Virus record (IMG/VR): IMGVR_UViG_3300027807_000001
Location: 83,285 to 147,284 of that record
Reading direction: 5' to 3' (one strand)
Origin: a virus
Lineage: Duplodnaviria; Heunggongvirae; Uroviricota; Caudoviricetes
DNA: 64,000 bases
This document shows, piece after piece, positions 1 to 10,519 of the stretch (positions are counted from its first letter, which is position 1; each line of letters starts with the position of its first letter). The notes below the pieces were generated by a model. The model ran no database searches and was not told where the DNA came from. It saw only the letters and a list, made by a program, of their open reading frames with translations. A program made the position numbers and the translations under genes.

Positions 1-246
1 GAAGTGGGGCGTGACCGAGAGCAAGCTGCGACAGATGTACTTTAAGTTGTATCGGATTTTGTAATGCGCACTTCACGGAAAAGGTGGCTAATGGATTTTG
101 TTACTGCAGCAGCGATTTGGATATTAATACTCATTATTGTCGGTCTCTTAACAGCCATAGCGCTTCTGACCTGCGCGTTATGCATAGTACCTCTGTACTT
201 ATACCGATTTTATAAAGTAGTAGCGAGGAAGCTCCGGAGAAAATAA

Positions 247-579
247 ATGCCGATACGCACGTTTGAACTGTTTAGAACCGACGATGAGACCGGCATCAGT
301 GGGGCAGGTAAGGTACTAGAGGGCTGCGTTTTCACTGATGGTGAGTGTGTCATTAGATGGGTAGCCCCTACGTCGCCAGGGCACAGCACTTCTACTTTCG
401 ATTCTTTCGGTTTATTCATGAGTATACATGTCGCGCCGCATCCAGACAATAAGACAAAAATTATCTTCAGTGATGGGGAAGAGTACTCCCACACTGAAAA
501 AGTTGAAGAGCAGACCCCCGTGGAAGTCCCAAAGAAACGGGTACGCCGTAAGAAAGAAATGGCTTCCAATGGAAAATAA
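247..579 (+). CDS. conserved phage hypothetical protein
   Basis: 110-aa ORF; N-terminal DETGISGAGKVLEGCVFTDG..VIRW resembles a recurrent small phage family. Confidence 0.6.
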   Translation: MPIRTFELFRTDDETGISGAGKVLEGCVFTDGECVIRWVAPTSPGHSTSTFDSFGLFMSIHVAPHPDNKTKIIFSDGEEYSHTEKVEEQTPVEVPKKRVRRKKEMASNGK

Positions 580-656
580 GTGTTTCTTCTGTTCAGATAC
601 AAATCTGTCCGTAGGACATTTGCAAGTATTCATCGGGGATAAGACATATCCTATTT

Positions 657-1019
657 GTGACAAATGTGATGAGACCATGCTCTCTATGTCTGAAGAAGAA
701 TATGCCGAAGATTAATTTGACTCAAACCGTAGAAGAGCGGGCGCTAGCCTTCCGGAAAGAGAAGTATTTAACTATGATGAGAAAGAGGCTTTCTCTCGTA
801 GCGCGTAGAGCATATAATTCAACATATGGAGGGGCAGATGCCATAGATGAATATAGGACTCGATGCTATCGCATACGGAAAATAAAGAGCCTCGGAGAGA
901 TGTTAGTAGTTGCCCACGACATGGGCTTAGATGTACCTACGACGGTAAAGTTGGCTTTACAACCATTCCTAGCGGTAACTAGTGACGATTTTATAAACGC
1001 ACCTGAAAAGTGGGACTGA
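657..1019 (+). CDS. hypothetical protein
   Basis: ORF in tightly packed + strand run; true start probably downstream (MPKINL). Confidence 0.5.
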   Translation: MTNVMRPCSLCLKKNMPKINLTQTVEERALAFRKEKYLTMMRKRLSLVARRAYNSTYGGADAIDEYRTRCYRIRKIKSLGEMLVVAHDMGLDVPTTVKLALQPFLAVTSDDFINAPEKWD

Positions 1020-1756
1020 TGAGAGCATATCATATAACACCTACGAGAATGATGACTACCCCATTCTTGTGGAAATCTGTTAACATGATGAAGTATGTGA
1101 ACAGAGACAGAGTGTTTGTAGTCACGCCAGAGACTAGAGAATGGTTGCGCGCAGGCCACTGGACTACAGTCACCCCCGAAAATTTAGCGCTATGCTTCCA
1201 ATATTCAGATCGTCCATTGGGGATCAATTGGGACGCTAACTCCCTTGCTGCCCAAAAGGTAATGGATGTTTTTATTGGTAATGCAGAATTGAGAGAGATT
1301 GCCCTTGGGAGTAGATATCTCCGCCCGGAAATGTACACTACATTCATGGAGTCTACGTACAAAGATGCTGTTATAGAGCATGCTGCCCTTCTTAAGAAAG
1401 CGGCGGACTCATATCGTTTCACAGGAAACGTCACTGCGTGGACTCCTCGCCTGCTTAGTAGAGCTGACACATATCACATAGAATTCATTTGGGATATACA
1501 CGTATCATCATATGGAACTGAAGAGTTAATAGCATACGAGGTTGCAAGTAGCGCACCTATAGACAAGATTCCCGATCACCTCATTCAGAAGATGCTTCCC
1601 TTCTTTCTTCCGAAGAGAAACGGCTGTCATAATGTTGTGGCAGAAAGGGACCTGTTCCGAGAAGCTATCCGCAGACAACTTCTCGTAATGAACACGCCCT
1701 CTACCGTTGTTGTAGGATCACAGCCTCGCCCAGTGTTTGTTCCAAAGTCGTTATAA
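1010..1756 (+). CDS. hypothetical protein
   Basis: 248-aa ORF, no motif recognised. Confidence 0.6.
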   Translation: MGLMRAYHITPTRMMTTPFLWKSVNMMKYVNRDRVFVVTPETREWLRAGHWTTVTPENLALCFQYSDRPLGINWDANSLAAQKVMDVFIGNAELREIALGSRYLRPEMYTTFMESTYKDAVIEHAALLKKAADSYRFTGNVTAWTPRLLSRADTYHIEFIWDIHVSSYGTEELIAYEVASSAPIDKIPDHLIQKMLPFFLPKRNGCHNVVAERDLFREAIRRQLLVMNTPSTVVVGSQPRPVFVPKSL

Positions 1757-1780
1757 TTTGTCATTCTCAGGAGAACTTAG

Positions 1781-2020
1781 ATGGCTACCAAGAGACGGAT
1801 AAGAAAAACACGAGAGCGTGTCCTCAGTGAGGGCGGTAGCGAAACGCTTTCTGTCCATAGTGTTATGGGCGATATAAGCGCTTCTTTATCGCGGAAGGTG
1901 CTAAGATATCTTAAGGTAAGACCCGGCGATCGATTGCAAGTTGTCGCCCGTAATGGGGTAATAGAAATTTCTCCTCTTCTCAGCGTGGATGACGAAATCA
2001 AACAGTATCTTTCTCATTAA
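1781..2020 (+). CDS. AbrB/MazE/SpoVT-type DNA-binding protein
   Basis: SLSRKVLRYLKVRPGDRLQVVARNGVIEISP fits the swapped-hairpin pattern. Confidence 0.55.
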   Translation: MATKRRIRKTRERVLSEGGSETLSVHSVMGDISASLSRKVLRYLKVRPGDRLQVVARNGVIEISPLLSVDDEIKQYLSH

Positions 2021-2029
2021 GAGACCAAA

Positions 2030-2995
2030 ATGTCTAATATTAGATTGTTTAAAGTCGGCGCCGATCCCGAATTCGGCCTACTCGATAATCAAGGTAGGTT
2101 AGTTGAGGCGTGCGACGTGATGCAGGTTCGTCATCGGTTCGGGTTAGATGGGTGCAGCGCCATTGCGGAGATGCGGCCGGAGCCTTCGATAAACCCTTCT
2201 CAAGTAGTAAGAAATCTCTATCAGGACATGGTAGAGGGTTACTATCGCAGCGAGAAGATGCAGAATCTTCGGTGGAAGGCGGGAAGCGTTGTGCAGAGCT
2301 CCCGACATACTACCAGGGACGAAATATTTACCATTGGAGGGCATATCCATCTGGGCATCCGGGCTGCTGTTGCCCCTAGAGTATTCGGAAGTCGCGAAAG
2401 CTACTACGAGGAGCTTGCCTCCTACCTAGATACTTATCTTGCTCAGATAATGCGTCTTCTAGAAGACCCTTTAGAGTTAAGTGATCGCGTAGAGAATGGC
2501 TACGGAGCTCTGGGAGATTACCGTAGTAATAGCCACGGTATGGAATACAGGACTCTGGGTAGCTGGCTTACTTCCCCGCGAATAGCAGAAGGGGCGCTGT
2601 GCCTAGCACAGACTGTCGCATACCAGCACATATGGATGACAGCGCACAAGAAAGAAGATTTCCTCCTGGAGAGGTTGTCTCCCTCATACACAGCAGGCTC
2701 GCAGGACTTTGAGGAGTCTTCTGTCAATTCTCATGAGCTTCGAACATACCGGAAAAAATTTCCAACTCTTCGAGATCAGATTAGAAGATTTAAGCTCTAC
2801 AAAAGACACGAACTTCCTATCGAGTTTATCTTCAAGTTAGTTGAGTCAAACCGAACTTGGTTCCCTGGAAAAGATATAGATATGAAGGTTGCTTGGGGGA
2901 TCACTTCTGCAGCCAGAATTGAAAATACAAGAAAGCCTGAAAGAGTGCTACCTGTCGTTAAATTCGAAGATATTTGGAAGAGAGCACTAGCATAA
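2030..2995 (+). CDS. phiEco32-like COOH-NH2 ligase type 2 (amidoligase)
   Basis: N-terminal VGADPEF, AEMRPEP, GGHIHLG and GMEYRTLGSW motifs. Confidence 0.75.
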   Translation: MSNIRLFKVGADPEFGLLDNQGRLVEACDVMQVRHRFGLDGCSAIAEMRPEPSINPSQVVRNLYQDMVEGYYRSEKMQNLRWKAGSVVQSSRHTTRDEIFTIGGHIHLGIRAAVAPRVFGSRESYYEELASYLDTYLAQIMRLLEDPLELSDRVENGYGALGDYRSNSHGMEYRTLGSWLTSPRIAEGALCLAQTVAYQHIWMTAHKKEDFLLERLSPSYTAGSQDFEESSVNSHELRTYRKKFPTLRDQIRRFKLYKRHELPIEFIFKLVESNRTWFPGKDIDMKVAWGITSAARIENTRKPERVLPVVKFEDIWKRALA

Positions 2996-3005
2996 ACGGA
3001 GAGTT

Positions 3006-3554
3006 ATGAGTATCACTTGGTCTAATGATGCAAACTTAGATCGTATTTGTTTAGACATCAACAAATACATTAGTAACTATCGAATGCGAAATTACTATAT
3101 TTATGGTCTGCAGCAAGACAATAGGCCCCATGTGGCTGTAGCGCCCTATGCGTCTCCTTTGCTTATTGACCTCTTTAAGAGAAGTAATTATACATTAGAG
3201 GTAAAAGAGAAGGCGTTGCGCTACTGTGATAACTGCGATACCTCTCACTCCCTTGGTGATTGTTGTTGTGATTCGAAGTGTGGTCTTTGTGATAGGCGCA
3301 ACATAACAATTGGACTACGTAGAGACGTAAGAAGCAGCCCAGCTATCGCTAGAAAGTTAGTAAAGACCATAATTTTTAGCTTAGAAGGTAAGTTGGTAGC
3401 ACCGCCCACTGTCAAATTGAATTTGGGTCGACATGTTAGAAAAGTATCTTTCATTCCGAAAAAGGCCTCCGCAAGTGCGGCTACCTCCCCAAACAAGCTG
3501 ACGAGCAAAGAGCTTGCTTCGTTAAACAGGGCTTTAAGTGCAGCCGACTTATAG
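3006..3554 (+). CDS. hypothetical protein with Cys cluster
   Basis: 182-aa ORF between amidoligase and amidotransferase; CDNC..CCCDSKCGLC. Confidence 0.6.
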   Translation: MSITWSNDANLDRICLDINKYISNYRMRNYYIYGLQQDNRPHVAVAPYASPLLIDLFKRSNYTLEVKEKALRYCDNCDTSHSLGDCCCDSKCGLCDRRNITIGLRRDVRSSPAIARKLVKTIIFSLEGKLVAPPTVKLNLGRHVRKVSFIPKKASASAATSPNKLTSKELASLNRALSAADL

Positions 3555-3602
3555 TATATGCGGGTATGCTGAAAAATTTTAAACTAGACACGGAGAACAA
3601 AC

Positions 3603-4454
3603 ATGTGTAGACTAGCGGCGTTCCCGCCGATGTTTCCCAAGAAGAAAGCTCTAGAGATCATAGAGGATTTTTGCCGAGGAAATGACGATGGGACTGGAAG
3701 CGTTTACGTTAAGGATGGAAAGTTTATTGTTAATAAGTGGAATGCTTCTTTTGAAGAGGTTGTGAAGAGGGGGCTACCCCTATTAGACCATATGCCTTTC
3801 AATGGGTGGACGTTAGCTCATGTGAGAGCCGCTTCTCACGGCGCCGTTACGTACAACAATACCCACCCCTTCGTGAAGGGTGATTTCGCTATGGTCCATA
3901 ACGGAATCTTTCAGGAGTATGCGCCGGTGCGCGCTGCGCTCGCAGTAGATCACACTTTCAGGGGCCAAACGGATAGCGAGGTAGCTGCCCGCCTGTGGCA
4001 GGTCGTCGGCAGAAAGAATTTTATTAAGACGGTAGACACCGGCGTCTACATGTTTCTAAAAAGAAATGGGAGAGTAGATGTTATTTGTAAGTCTGGAGGA
4101 GATTTAGTATATCAAAATACTAAATATGGAACAGTTATGGCTTCATCTCTTCCTCTCTCTTACAAAAGAACGTTATCTATTCTTGAAGGCGATTTGAAGC
4201 TTGGGAAGAATGGAAAAATTATTAATTCCAATTTAGAAAAGGATCCCGCTTCCAATTGGAATTGGACGTATAATCCTCCCGAGTGGGTAGATAGCTCCTA
4301 CGAAGAATCTCCTCCTAAGAAAGGGAAGAAAAAGAAGAGGTCTCGCAAAATAGACGATGTATGGAATTTTCCTGAAGAAGAAGTTTTTGGGGCCAGCGTA
4401 GATTCAGCAGATCGAGAACTGGCCGATAAAAATGGGTATATCTTTATAAGATAA
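3603..4454 (+). CDS. class II (Ntn) glutamine amidotransferase
   Basis: Cys2 nucleophile (MCRL), HVRAASHG..NTHPF, HNG, GQTDSE. Confidence 0.85.
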   Translation: MCRLAAFPPMFPKKKALEIIEDFCRGNDDGTGSVYVKDGKFIVNKWNASFEEVVKRGLPLLDHMPFNGWTLAHVRAASHGAVTYNNTHPFVKGDFAMVHNGIFQEYAPVRAALAVDHTFRGQTDSEVAARLWQVVGRKNFIKTVDTGVYMFLKRNGRVDVICKSGGDLVYQNTKYGTVMASSLPLSYKRTLSILEGDLKLGKNGKIINSNLEKDPASNWNWTYNPPEWVDSSYEESPPKKGKKKKRSRKIDDVWNFPEEEVFGASVDSADRELADKNGYIFIR

Positions 4455-4528
4455 TACTTCCGCATAGTCCTCACCTCACAAAAAGACTAGAGGACTCAGA
4501 GTATAATATATTAACAGAAGGCGTATTT

Positions 4529-5140
4529 GTGGTTAAGGAGATTGTGACAATGGGTATAGTGACGGACGTGTTAAGAAAAGCGTCAGCTAAGAAAAGTACG
4601 AAGCCATCGACAGATATGGTAGAGTTGACAGTAACTTCTGGTACACTTGCTAAGCACAAGCAAAAGTATGATGCAGCAAAAGTTGCTAAGGCAGAGTTAG
4701 AGCTCTCAGAAGAAGAGTTACTGGGTGAAGTAGTCCCTTCATACATTGAGAAGATTAAAGAAGAATATGTAAGCTCTGCGCGTATTCATGAAGGCGACAT
4801 TGAAGCGACGATTTCATGGAAAGATGCATATAGCAAAATTCCTGTTGAAAAGGCGGAAGAGATAAAGGATCTTGTAGGAAGCCGGTTTGATGACTACTTC
4901 AAAGAAGTTAACGAGATTGTTGTAAAAGAAGAAGTAGCGGCTAATCCTGAACTTTTAGAAGAGCTTATCAATGCTGTTGGCCCAGATACCTTCTCGAAGT
5001 ATTTCGATGTTGCGCAGCACTTAAGGCCGACAACGAGATTTACAGAAGAGAGGCACCGGACCTTATCCCCCTCTGTTAATGATCAGCTGAATGAAACTGT
5101 GCGACAGTATAAGCCCTCTGTGCGAGTCGTTGTTAAATAA
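4529..5140 (+). CDS. hypothetical protein
   Basis: 203-aa ORF preceded by TATAAT at 4502-4507. Confidence 0.6.
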   Translation: MVKEIVTMGIVTDVLRKASAKKSTKPSTDMVELTVTSGTLAKHKQKYDAAKVAKAELELSEEELLGEVVPSYIEKIKEEYVSSARIHEGDIEATISWKDAYSKIPVEKAEEIKDLVGSRFDDYFKEVNEIVVKEEVAANPELLEELINAVGPDTFSKYFDVAQHLRPTTRFTEERHRTLSPSVNDQLNETVRQYKPSVRVVVK

Positions 5141-5159
5141 CCTCCGGTACTTCGTTGCT

Positions 5160-5336
5160 ATGAATAGTAATAACGTATGTCTCGTTTGTCTTATTCATCC
5201 TGATTTGAAATGTAATTCATGTCAGAGACCATACTGCGGCAACTGTTGGATGACTCCGGATCGCAGATGTCACAACTCCCCATATGATCCAATAAGTAGC
5301 TGGAGATGGCCAAATACTCCAGAATTAGCCGGCTAA
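5160..5336 (+). CDS. Cys-rich micro-protein, divergent LCC/B-box-like member
   Basis: VCLVCLIHPDLKCNSCQRPYCGNCW. Confidence 0.55.
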   Translation: MNSNNVCLVCLIHPDLKCNSCQRPYCGNCWMTPDRRCHNSPYDPISSWRWPNTPELAG

Positions 5337-5500
5337 TATGAAAGCAGAAAAGATGTGCGACGACGGTGCACCCTGCACCTGGATTTCCGAAGAAGAGTAC
5401 GACGAGGAAGGAGACAGCCGCTTAGTTACTTTCTGTAGCAAATGCTTTCGCTATAAGAACAAAGTTAAAGAAAAAATCTCCCCTCCTGAGGATAAAAATC

Positions 5501-6058
5501 TTGACCAAGGAAGAATTCTGTAATCTTTCAGCTCATTCCCGTATAAAATATATCGGCTCAGACGAAGCACTAAAGGCAGTTCTCGTGCGTCACTCCAGCG
5601 TTGCCCTTACAAAGGGAGTTGTCGTGTCGTGGACAGTAGATAAGGCCAAGTCGAGTTGGAGCTCAGAAAAAGAACAAGGTCTTGTCCTCTACCTCTATAG
5701 CGGCCCGCTTGTGAAGAATATTATTCCGGAAGACTGGATTGTCGTTGATGCGAAGCGAGTAGATTTGGCTAGAGCCCGGGAAAAGAGGGCGGTAAAAGCT
5801 ACTGACTCTAGAGTTCGTCGAGAGCTTAATCAATTCTCTGAATCTTTCAGAAACATGAAGAATGTTAAGGCTCGCATCGATGAATGGCTAGAGAATGTTC
5901 CTTTCGCCTCAAGGTTTCAAATTTTAGCTAGTCTTACTGAAGAGCAAAAAGCTTGGCTAGATCTACTAGATCTTCCTCCTGAGGAAGTGATCGCGTTAAT
6001 TAAGAAAGCCAGCGGAGCACTCTCAGAGGGAAAGACTTTAGAGGTTAAGGATGAGTGA
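5501..6058 (+). CDS. hypothetical protein
   Basis: 185-aa ORF overlapping neighbours in operon fashion. Confidence 0.55.
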   Translation: MTKEEFCNLSAHSRIKYIGSDEALKAVLVRHSSVALTKGVVVSWTVDKAKSSWSSEKEQGLVLYLYSGPLVKNIIPEDWIVVDAKRVDLARAREKRAVKATDSRVRRELNQFSESFRNMKNVKARIDEWLENVPFASRFQILASLTEEQKAWLDLLDLPPEEVIALIKKASGALSEGKTLEVKDE

Positions 6059-6220
6059 GCTACCTTGCATTGTTAATAAGTCGCATACCCTGACCATAAC
6101 TGTTAAGAAAACAGACCAGGACCAAATAGGCTACTATTTTCCTGCCTGCGACTTCTGCGGGGCATCTCTTATAGGAGTAGAGCTTTGCGCCTTGCCTCAA
6201 CCGGTACCCCGGTAACCATT

Positions 6221-7324
6221 ATGAAACTTCCTATTCTATATAGACAAAACTCCAAGGGCACCCTCCAACAGTGGCACATCAGCGTGTCGGACAATAAAGT
6301 CACCACTGTGTACGGTCTATTTGGAGGCAAGATGCAGACCACAGTTGATGTCGTTAAAGAAGGTAAGAATGTCGGTCGGTCTAATGAAACCACTGCTTCA
6401 GAGCAAGCTGAGCTACAAGCGCAGCAGCAGTTCGCTGCTAAGCTGAAGGAAGGATATACACCTGACCGAACTCTTGCAGAGTCTACTAAGAACACCCTTG
6501 ATGCAGTAGAACCAATGTTAGCACATCCAATCGAAAATAAGTTAAAGTATGTTGTCTTTCCTGCGCTAGCGCAGCCCAAGCTAGACGGGGCTCGTTGTAT
6601 TGCTATTATGAAGAAGGGAAAGGTAAAACTTTGGTCTCGGACGCAGAAAGAGTATATTGCCTCTCCGCATATTGTTGCGGAGATTGAAAAGCTCCTGGGG
6701 CACAAGCAAGATTTGATTCTCGATGGCGAGCTATACAACCATGACTATAAGAAAGATTTTAACACTATCATGTCGCTGATTAAGCGGGAAGACGTACATC
6801 CTAATCATGAATTAGTCCAGTATCATATCTATGACGTTGTGGGCTCAGGCGTTTGGACTGACAGAACTAAAGTCTTAGCAGAGCTCGGGGTTGCTCGCTT
6901 CTGCAAGAAGGTCGAAACGGTTGTTGTTCGCTCTCAAGAAGAACTTGAAGAGTATCAAGCGGTATGCGTTGAGAATGGCTACGAAGGATGTATGTATCGT
7001 AACCCAGACGCTCTTTACGAGAACAAGAGAAGCTCAGGACTCTTAAAGGTCAAAGATTTTAAGGACGACGAATTTAAGATAGTTGACGTTGAAGAAGGTC
7101 GCGGCAAGCTCATGGGCCGCGTCGGTGCTTTCTATTGTGAGCTAAATGATGGAAGTGGTCGACAATTTAAAGCAAAGCCTATGGGGACATTAACCTACGT
7201 TGAGGAGCTTTGGAAGAATAAATCCGAGTGTCTTGGTAAGATGGCGACAGTTAAATATCAAAATCTTACACCTGATGGTATGCCGCGATTTCCTGTATTA
7301 AAGTGTATTCGCGACTACGAATAA
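6221..7324 (+). CDS. ATP-dependent DNA ligase
   Basis: KxDG motif (AQPKLDGARC), LDGELY, YHIYD, EGCMYR, LLKVK, OB-fold C-terminus; ATG chosen at 6221. Confidence 0.92.
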   Translation: MKLPILYRQNSKGTLQQWHISVSDNKVTTVYGLFGGKMQTTVDVVKEGKNVGRSNETTASEQAELQAQQQFAAKLKEGYTPDRTLAESTKNTLDAVEPMLAHPIENKLKYVVFPALAQPKLDGARCIAIMKKGKVKLWSRTQKEYIASPHIVAEIEKLLGHKQDLILDGELYNHDYKKDFNTIMSLIKREDVHPNHELVQYHIYDVVGSGVWTDRTKVLAELGVARFCKKVETVVVRSQEELEEYQAVCVENGYEGCMYRNPDALYENKRSSGLLKVKDFKDDEFKIVDVEEGRGKLMGRVGAFYCELNDGSGRQFKAKPMGTLTYVEELWKNKSECLGKMATVKYQNLTPDGMPRFPVLKCIRDYE

Positions 7325-7340
7325 AGTTGGAGTTAGTTAG

Positions 7341-7571
7341 ATGACTAACCGTCTCTGCTGTATTGTTAATCTAGACGTCGAATGCAGAGTATGTGGAAAG
7401 AAGTGGTGCGCCGAGTGCTGGGACACCTTTATCAGAAAAGATTCTCATAACGATTGTAAATGTACAAAAGACTCGACGCAAGAATTAACCTTCCGTGGAG
7501 TAGACCACGAAGGCAAGATAATATTTACTAGGGAGCCATTTAGGAAGCCAGAACGATATGTCTTTGAATGA
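7341..7571 (+). CDS. LCC/B-box-like zinc-finger micro-protein
   Basis: LCCIVNLDVECRVCGKKWCAECW. Confidence 0.7.
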   Translation: MTNRLCCIVNLDVECRVCGKKWCAECWDTFIRKDSHNDCKCTKDSTQELTFRGVDHEGKIIFTREPFRKPERYVFE

Positions 7572-7731
7572 ACTTTGTTGCCAAGTCAACCCTTTCTATA
7601 TCTGTAGCGGTTGTGGCTTTCGCCAGTGCCGTGATCATTGGCGACAATGGCGAAGTATTGACCAGACACACTTCGCACAAAACCAATGCGCAGTTACTAA
7701 GAGGCTCTTCCCCGTTATCTGGGTAGCTTAG
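7558..7731 (+). CDS. LCC/B-box-like zinc-finger micro-protein (not in ORF track)
   Basis: manual translation MSLNELCCQVNPFYICSGCGFRQCRDHW. Confidence 0.65.
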   Translation: MSLNELCCQVNPFYICSGCGFRQCRDHWRQWRSIDQTHFAQNQCAVTKRLFPVIWVA

Positions 7732-7754
7732 CTCAGGAGAGCAATCAGTAAAAT

Positions 7755-8132
7755 ATGTTCATCTTTGTCTACGGGACACTTCGCCGGGGTGGCAGCCTTA
7801 ATTATAAAATTCAGGACTTGAAAGAGCCTGTTGGAGTATTCCATACTCTCCCTAAATACACACTATACGATATGAGATGCCCTTGTCTGGCTAGAGGCGG
7901 GGGCACCAGCGTCGTAGGGGAGGTGTACGAAATACAAGATCTCGAGGAGATTGCAGATATACACAGCATGGAAGTCCACGCAGGCTACACCCTAGAGCAA
8001 GTAGAGCTAGAAGGCTTCTCAGAAGAGGTGCACGCATACTTTCAAGCGCCTGAGCCAAGCTGGGGGAACAACATTATCGATAGCGGCGACTATATTCGTT
8101 ATAAGCTGAATCGGTATGAAGAAAACCAATAA
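7755..8132 (+). CDS. gamma-glutamylcyclotransferase (AIG2-like)
   Basis: FVYGTLRRG signature, VVGEVYEI. Confidence 0.8.
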   Translation: MFIFVYGTLRRGGSLNYKIQDLKEPVGVFHTLPKYTLYDMRCPCLARGGGTSVVGEVYEIQDLEEIADIHSMEVHAGYTLEQVELEGFSEEVHAYFQAPEPSWGNNIIDSGDYIRYKLNRYEENQ

Positions 8133-8337
8133 AAGCAAGTTATGCTGTGAAGTTTCACCCAAGTATAACTGCGTTATTTGTAACCACAAAGAGTGTAGAG
8201 ATCATTGTGCCGTCTCGGGCTACAATCGGGGTAAACACTGGTTTTGGTATCCCTTTTCTGCAACAGAATCTCGAGATAATGTATTGACATTGGCAGAGAT
8301 CTGTCGAGAATGTTACCGTAAACATTACATTGACTAA
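8116..8337 (+). CDS. LCC/B-box-like zinc-finger micro-protein
   Basis: LCCEVSPKYNCVICNHKECRDHC. Confidence 0.65.
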   Translation: MKKTNKSKLCCEVSPKYNCVICNHKECRDHCAVSGYNRGKHWFWYPFSATESRDNVLTLAEICRECYRKHYID

Positions 8338-8695
8338 AATTAAAATAGAACGTGAAGAGAAGTTAGACGTTATCGTCGGCAATAGAGTCTACAAAGTAGG
8401 CACTCTTTATCACGTTGTAAACGGTGACGACAGGAATCACGCTTACATTCTAAAGAGGATTTATAAGGTTGGCCGGGACTGGATGTTGGCGTTAGGCGAA
8501 CATAATTATGATGCAGAGATTAGAGGCAACGACTTAGAAGCATCGGACATGCGCAACTTTCGCAAGTGTGAGTGTAGCTTCCTTTGTCAAGGGTTTATTT
8601 TAAAGAACTTCAAATGGATTTAGCAATCAAGCTTCGCTCTATCATAGAAAAGACTAAGGAAATGTTAAACTATTTCCCACATATTAAAACCATCA

Positions 8696-9211
8696 ATGGA
8701 CAAGGAGCATCGGCGGGACGCGCTGGAGAATCGGCGCCGACACATCTACGAAGTGGGGAAGATCCCCTCCGAGATCAAACGTTTCCACAAAGCGATTAAG
8801 AATTTAACAAAGACCGAAAGGTTCATGTCGGCATTCCTACAATCTTGTATTAGATACGGGTATGTCACGTCTTATAGATCGCAGCAGGTCATACGACTGG
8901 GTACTTCTGATCAATACATCATCTCAGACTTCTTTCTTCATTATCCCGAAGTTATAATTGAAGTCGATGGTCCTGAACATCAAAGAGCTAAAGACGCTCT
9001 GCGAGATAAAGAAGTATATCGTCTCTTTGATTATAAAACAATTCGCGTTTCGAACAAAGATATAACTCGAAATAACAAGGCGGTTCGCACTCGATTAATT
9101 CGAGAACTAGCCAAAGCTGAAGGGCTTAGTATTAAAAAGATTCGTGATCGTGTAAAACAATATTGGCATTTACAAACTTTGGAAGGATTCAATAATGAAG
9201 TACAAGAGTAG
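8696..9211 (+). CDS. DUF559/Vsr-like PD-(D/E)xK endonuclease
   Basis: SDFFLHYPEVIIEVDGPEH..KDALRDKEV..IRVSN. Confidence 0.6.
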   Translation: MDKEHRRDALENRRRHIYEVGKIPSEIKRFHKAIKNLTKTERFMSAFLQSCIRYGYVTSYRSQQVIRLGTSDQYIISDFFLHYPEVIIEVDGPEHQRAKDALRDKEVYRLFDYKTIRVSNKDITRNNKAVRTRLIRELAKAEGLSIKKIRDRVKQYWHLQTLEGFNNEVQE

Positions 9212-9423
9212 GACCGACTGGTATAAAAGAGGTTCTCCGGTACTCGAGCGAAAAGTGCTATACTACGTCGCATGGACTATCAGCACGTCCCTCATGCTCC
9301 TCTCTGTTGTTTTAGCAGCTGTTGCTGTTTGGTGTTTAAGAGACATTCCAGATTTGCTACTGACGTGTCAGTTACTATTTATAGCATGGGGGCTATCATG
9401 GATAGCATGGATGGTATTACCTA

Positions 9424-9720
9424 GTGGCAAAGAAGAATAGAGACGCTCTTTGTTGTCAAATCAACCAGGTAGGTACCTGCGGCGTTTGCCTCAAAAAGTT
9501 GTGCGAAGACCACGCAGGTTTGTCGTACAGTGTCTGTAAAAGCAATAAGTGTTATACGATATACGTGTACAGAGCTACTGAACAAGCTAAAGCGTTAGAG
9601 CTGCAGAAGCAAATGCAGCTAGAACGGATGCGTAAAGACAGAAGAACTCCGACATCAAAAGATATATCTTCATCAGGATATCGTCTTCTCAAGAAGATAG
9701 AGTCCCGGAAAAAGAAATAA
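9424..9720 (+). CDS. LCC/B-box-like zinc-finger protein
   Basis: LCCQINQVGTCGVCLKKLCEDH. Confidence 0.65.
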   Translation: MAKKNRDALCCQINQVGTCGVCLKKLCEDHAGLSYSVCKSNKCYTIYVYRATEQAKALELQKQMQLERMRKDRRTPTSKDISSSGYRLLKKIESRKKK

Positions 9721-9796
9721 CTATAAGCTATGCTTATTTCAAAATAAGACTCCTTCTCCTCACAAAAAGACCAGTTGACGATTTGTAAAATATAAT

Positions 9797-10285
9797 ATGG
9801 AAGATTTCTATAACGAAGAATTAATCAAGGAACGTGGCTTTAGATGCAAAGACTGCTCTCAATTGATGCATCAGCATACGTTCACCGGCGACTGGCATAA
9901 GACAGGGGCGGTAGATCGCTGGGGAAATCCCACAACTGAATTCCGTTATAAAAATAAATGCGACGAGAATTTTCGCGCGCCGGGGGTTTGGTACAGTGAT
10001 CTTCGATACCCAAACCTCTTATTGATCAATAAGAAGTGGTATCATTTTTCTCACAGAGCTTCTATGCTCGCACTTGTTGTAAAGTCAGATGTAGCAGTTA
10101 CAGTGGACAGGAGAGATTCTTTACAGTCCCCTAAGCCAGTCCTTATTGAGACGTACGGGGATATGTATAACTTTGCTGCTCAGCAGGGGATTTTAGAAAA
10201 GCTTAAGCGGCTCGTAGATGCGGAGACGTTTAAGTCTATGCAGTCAAAGTCTATCGAAAGGGCAATGAAAAAGTTATCCGCGTAA
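9797..10285 (+). CDS. hypothetical protein
   Basis: 162-aa ORF, N-terminal CxxC. Confidence 0.55.
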   Translation: MEDFYNEELIKERGFRCKDCSQLMHQHTFTGDWHKTGAVDRWGNPTTEFRYKNKCDENFRAPGVWYSDLRYPNLLLINKKWYHFSHRASMLALVVKSDVAVTVDRRDSLQSPKPVLIETYGDMYNFAAQQGILEKLKRLVDAETFKSMQSKSIERAMKKLSA

Positions 10286-10519
10286 TATGAGTGAGCGATG
10301 TCTGCCATGCCTTGTACATGATAAGAAGTGGTGCAGCCACTTTCTCTACAGAGCAGAATGTGCTGAATGCGAGTGGGATCAACTATACGCTCGACAGATC
10401 TTGTCCATCGCATGTCCAAAGTGCCATAAGTGGATAACTCCTAAGAAGTTACAGCTAGGGAAAGATTATTATTAGTATCGAATTTTGTACAATATCACTT
10501 AAGAACAAAGGGGAAAGAA

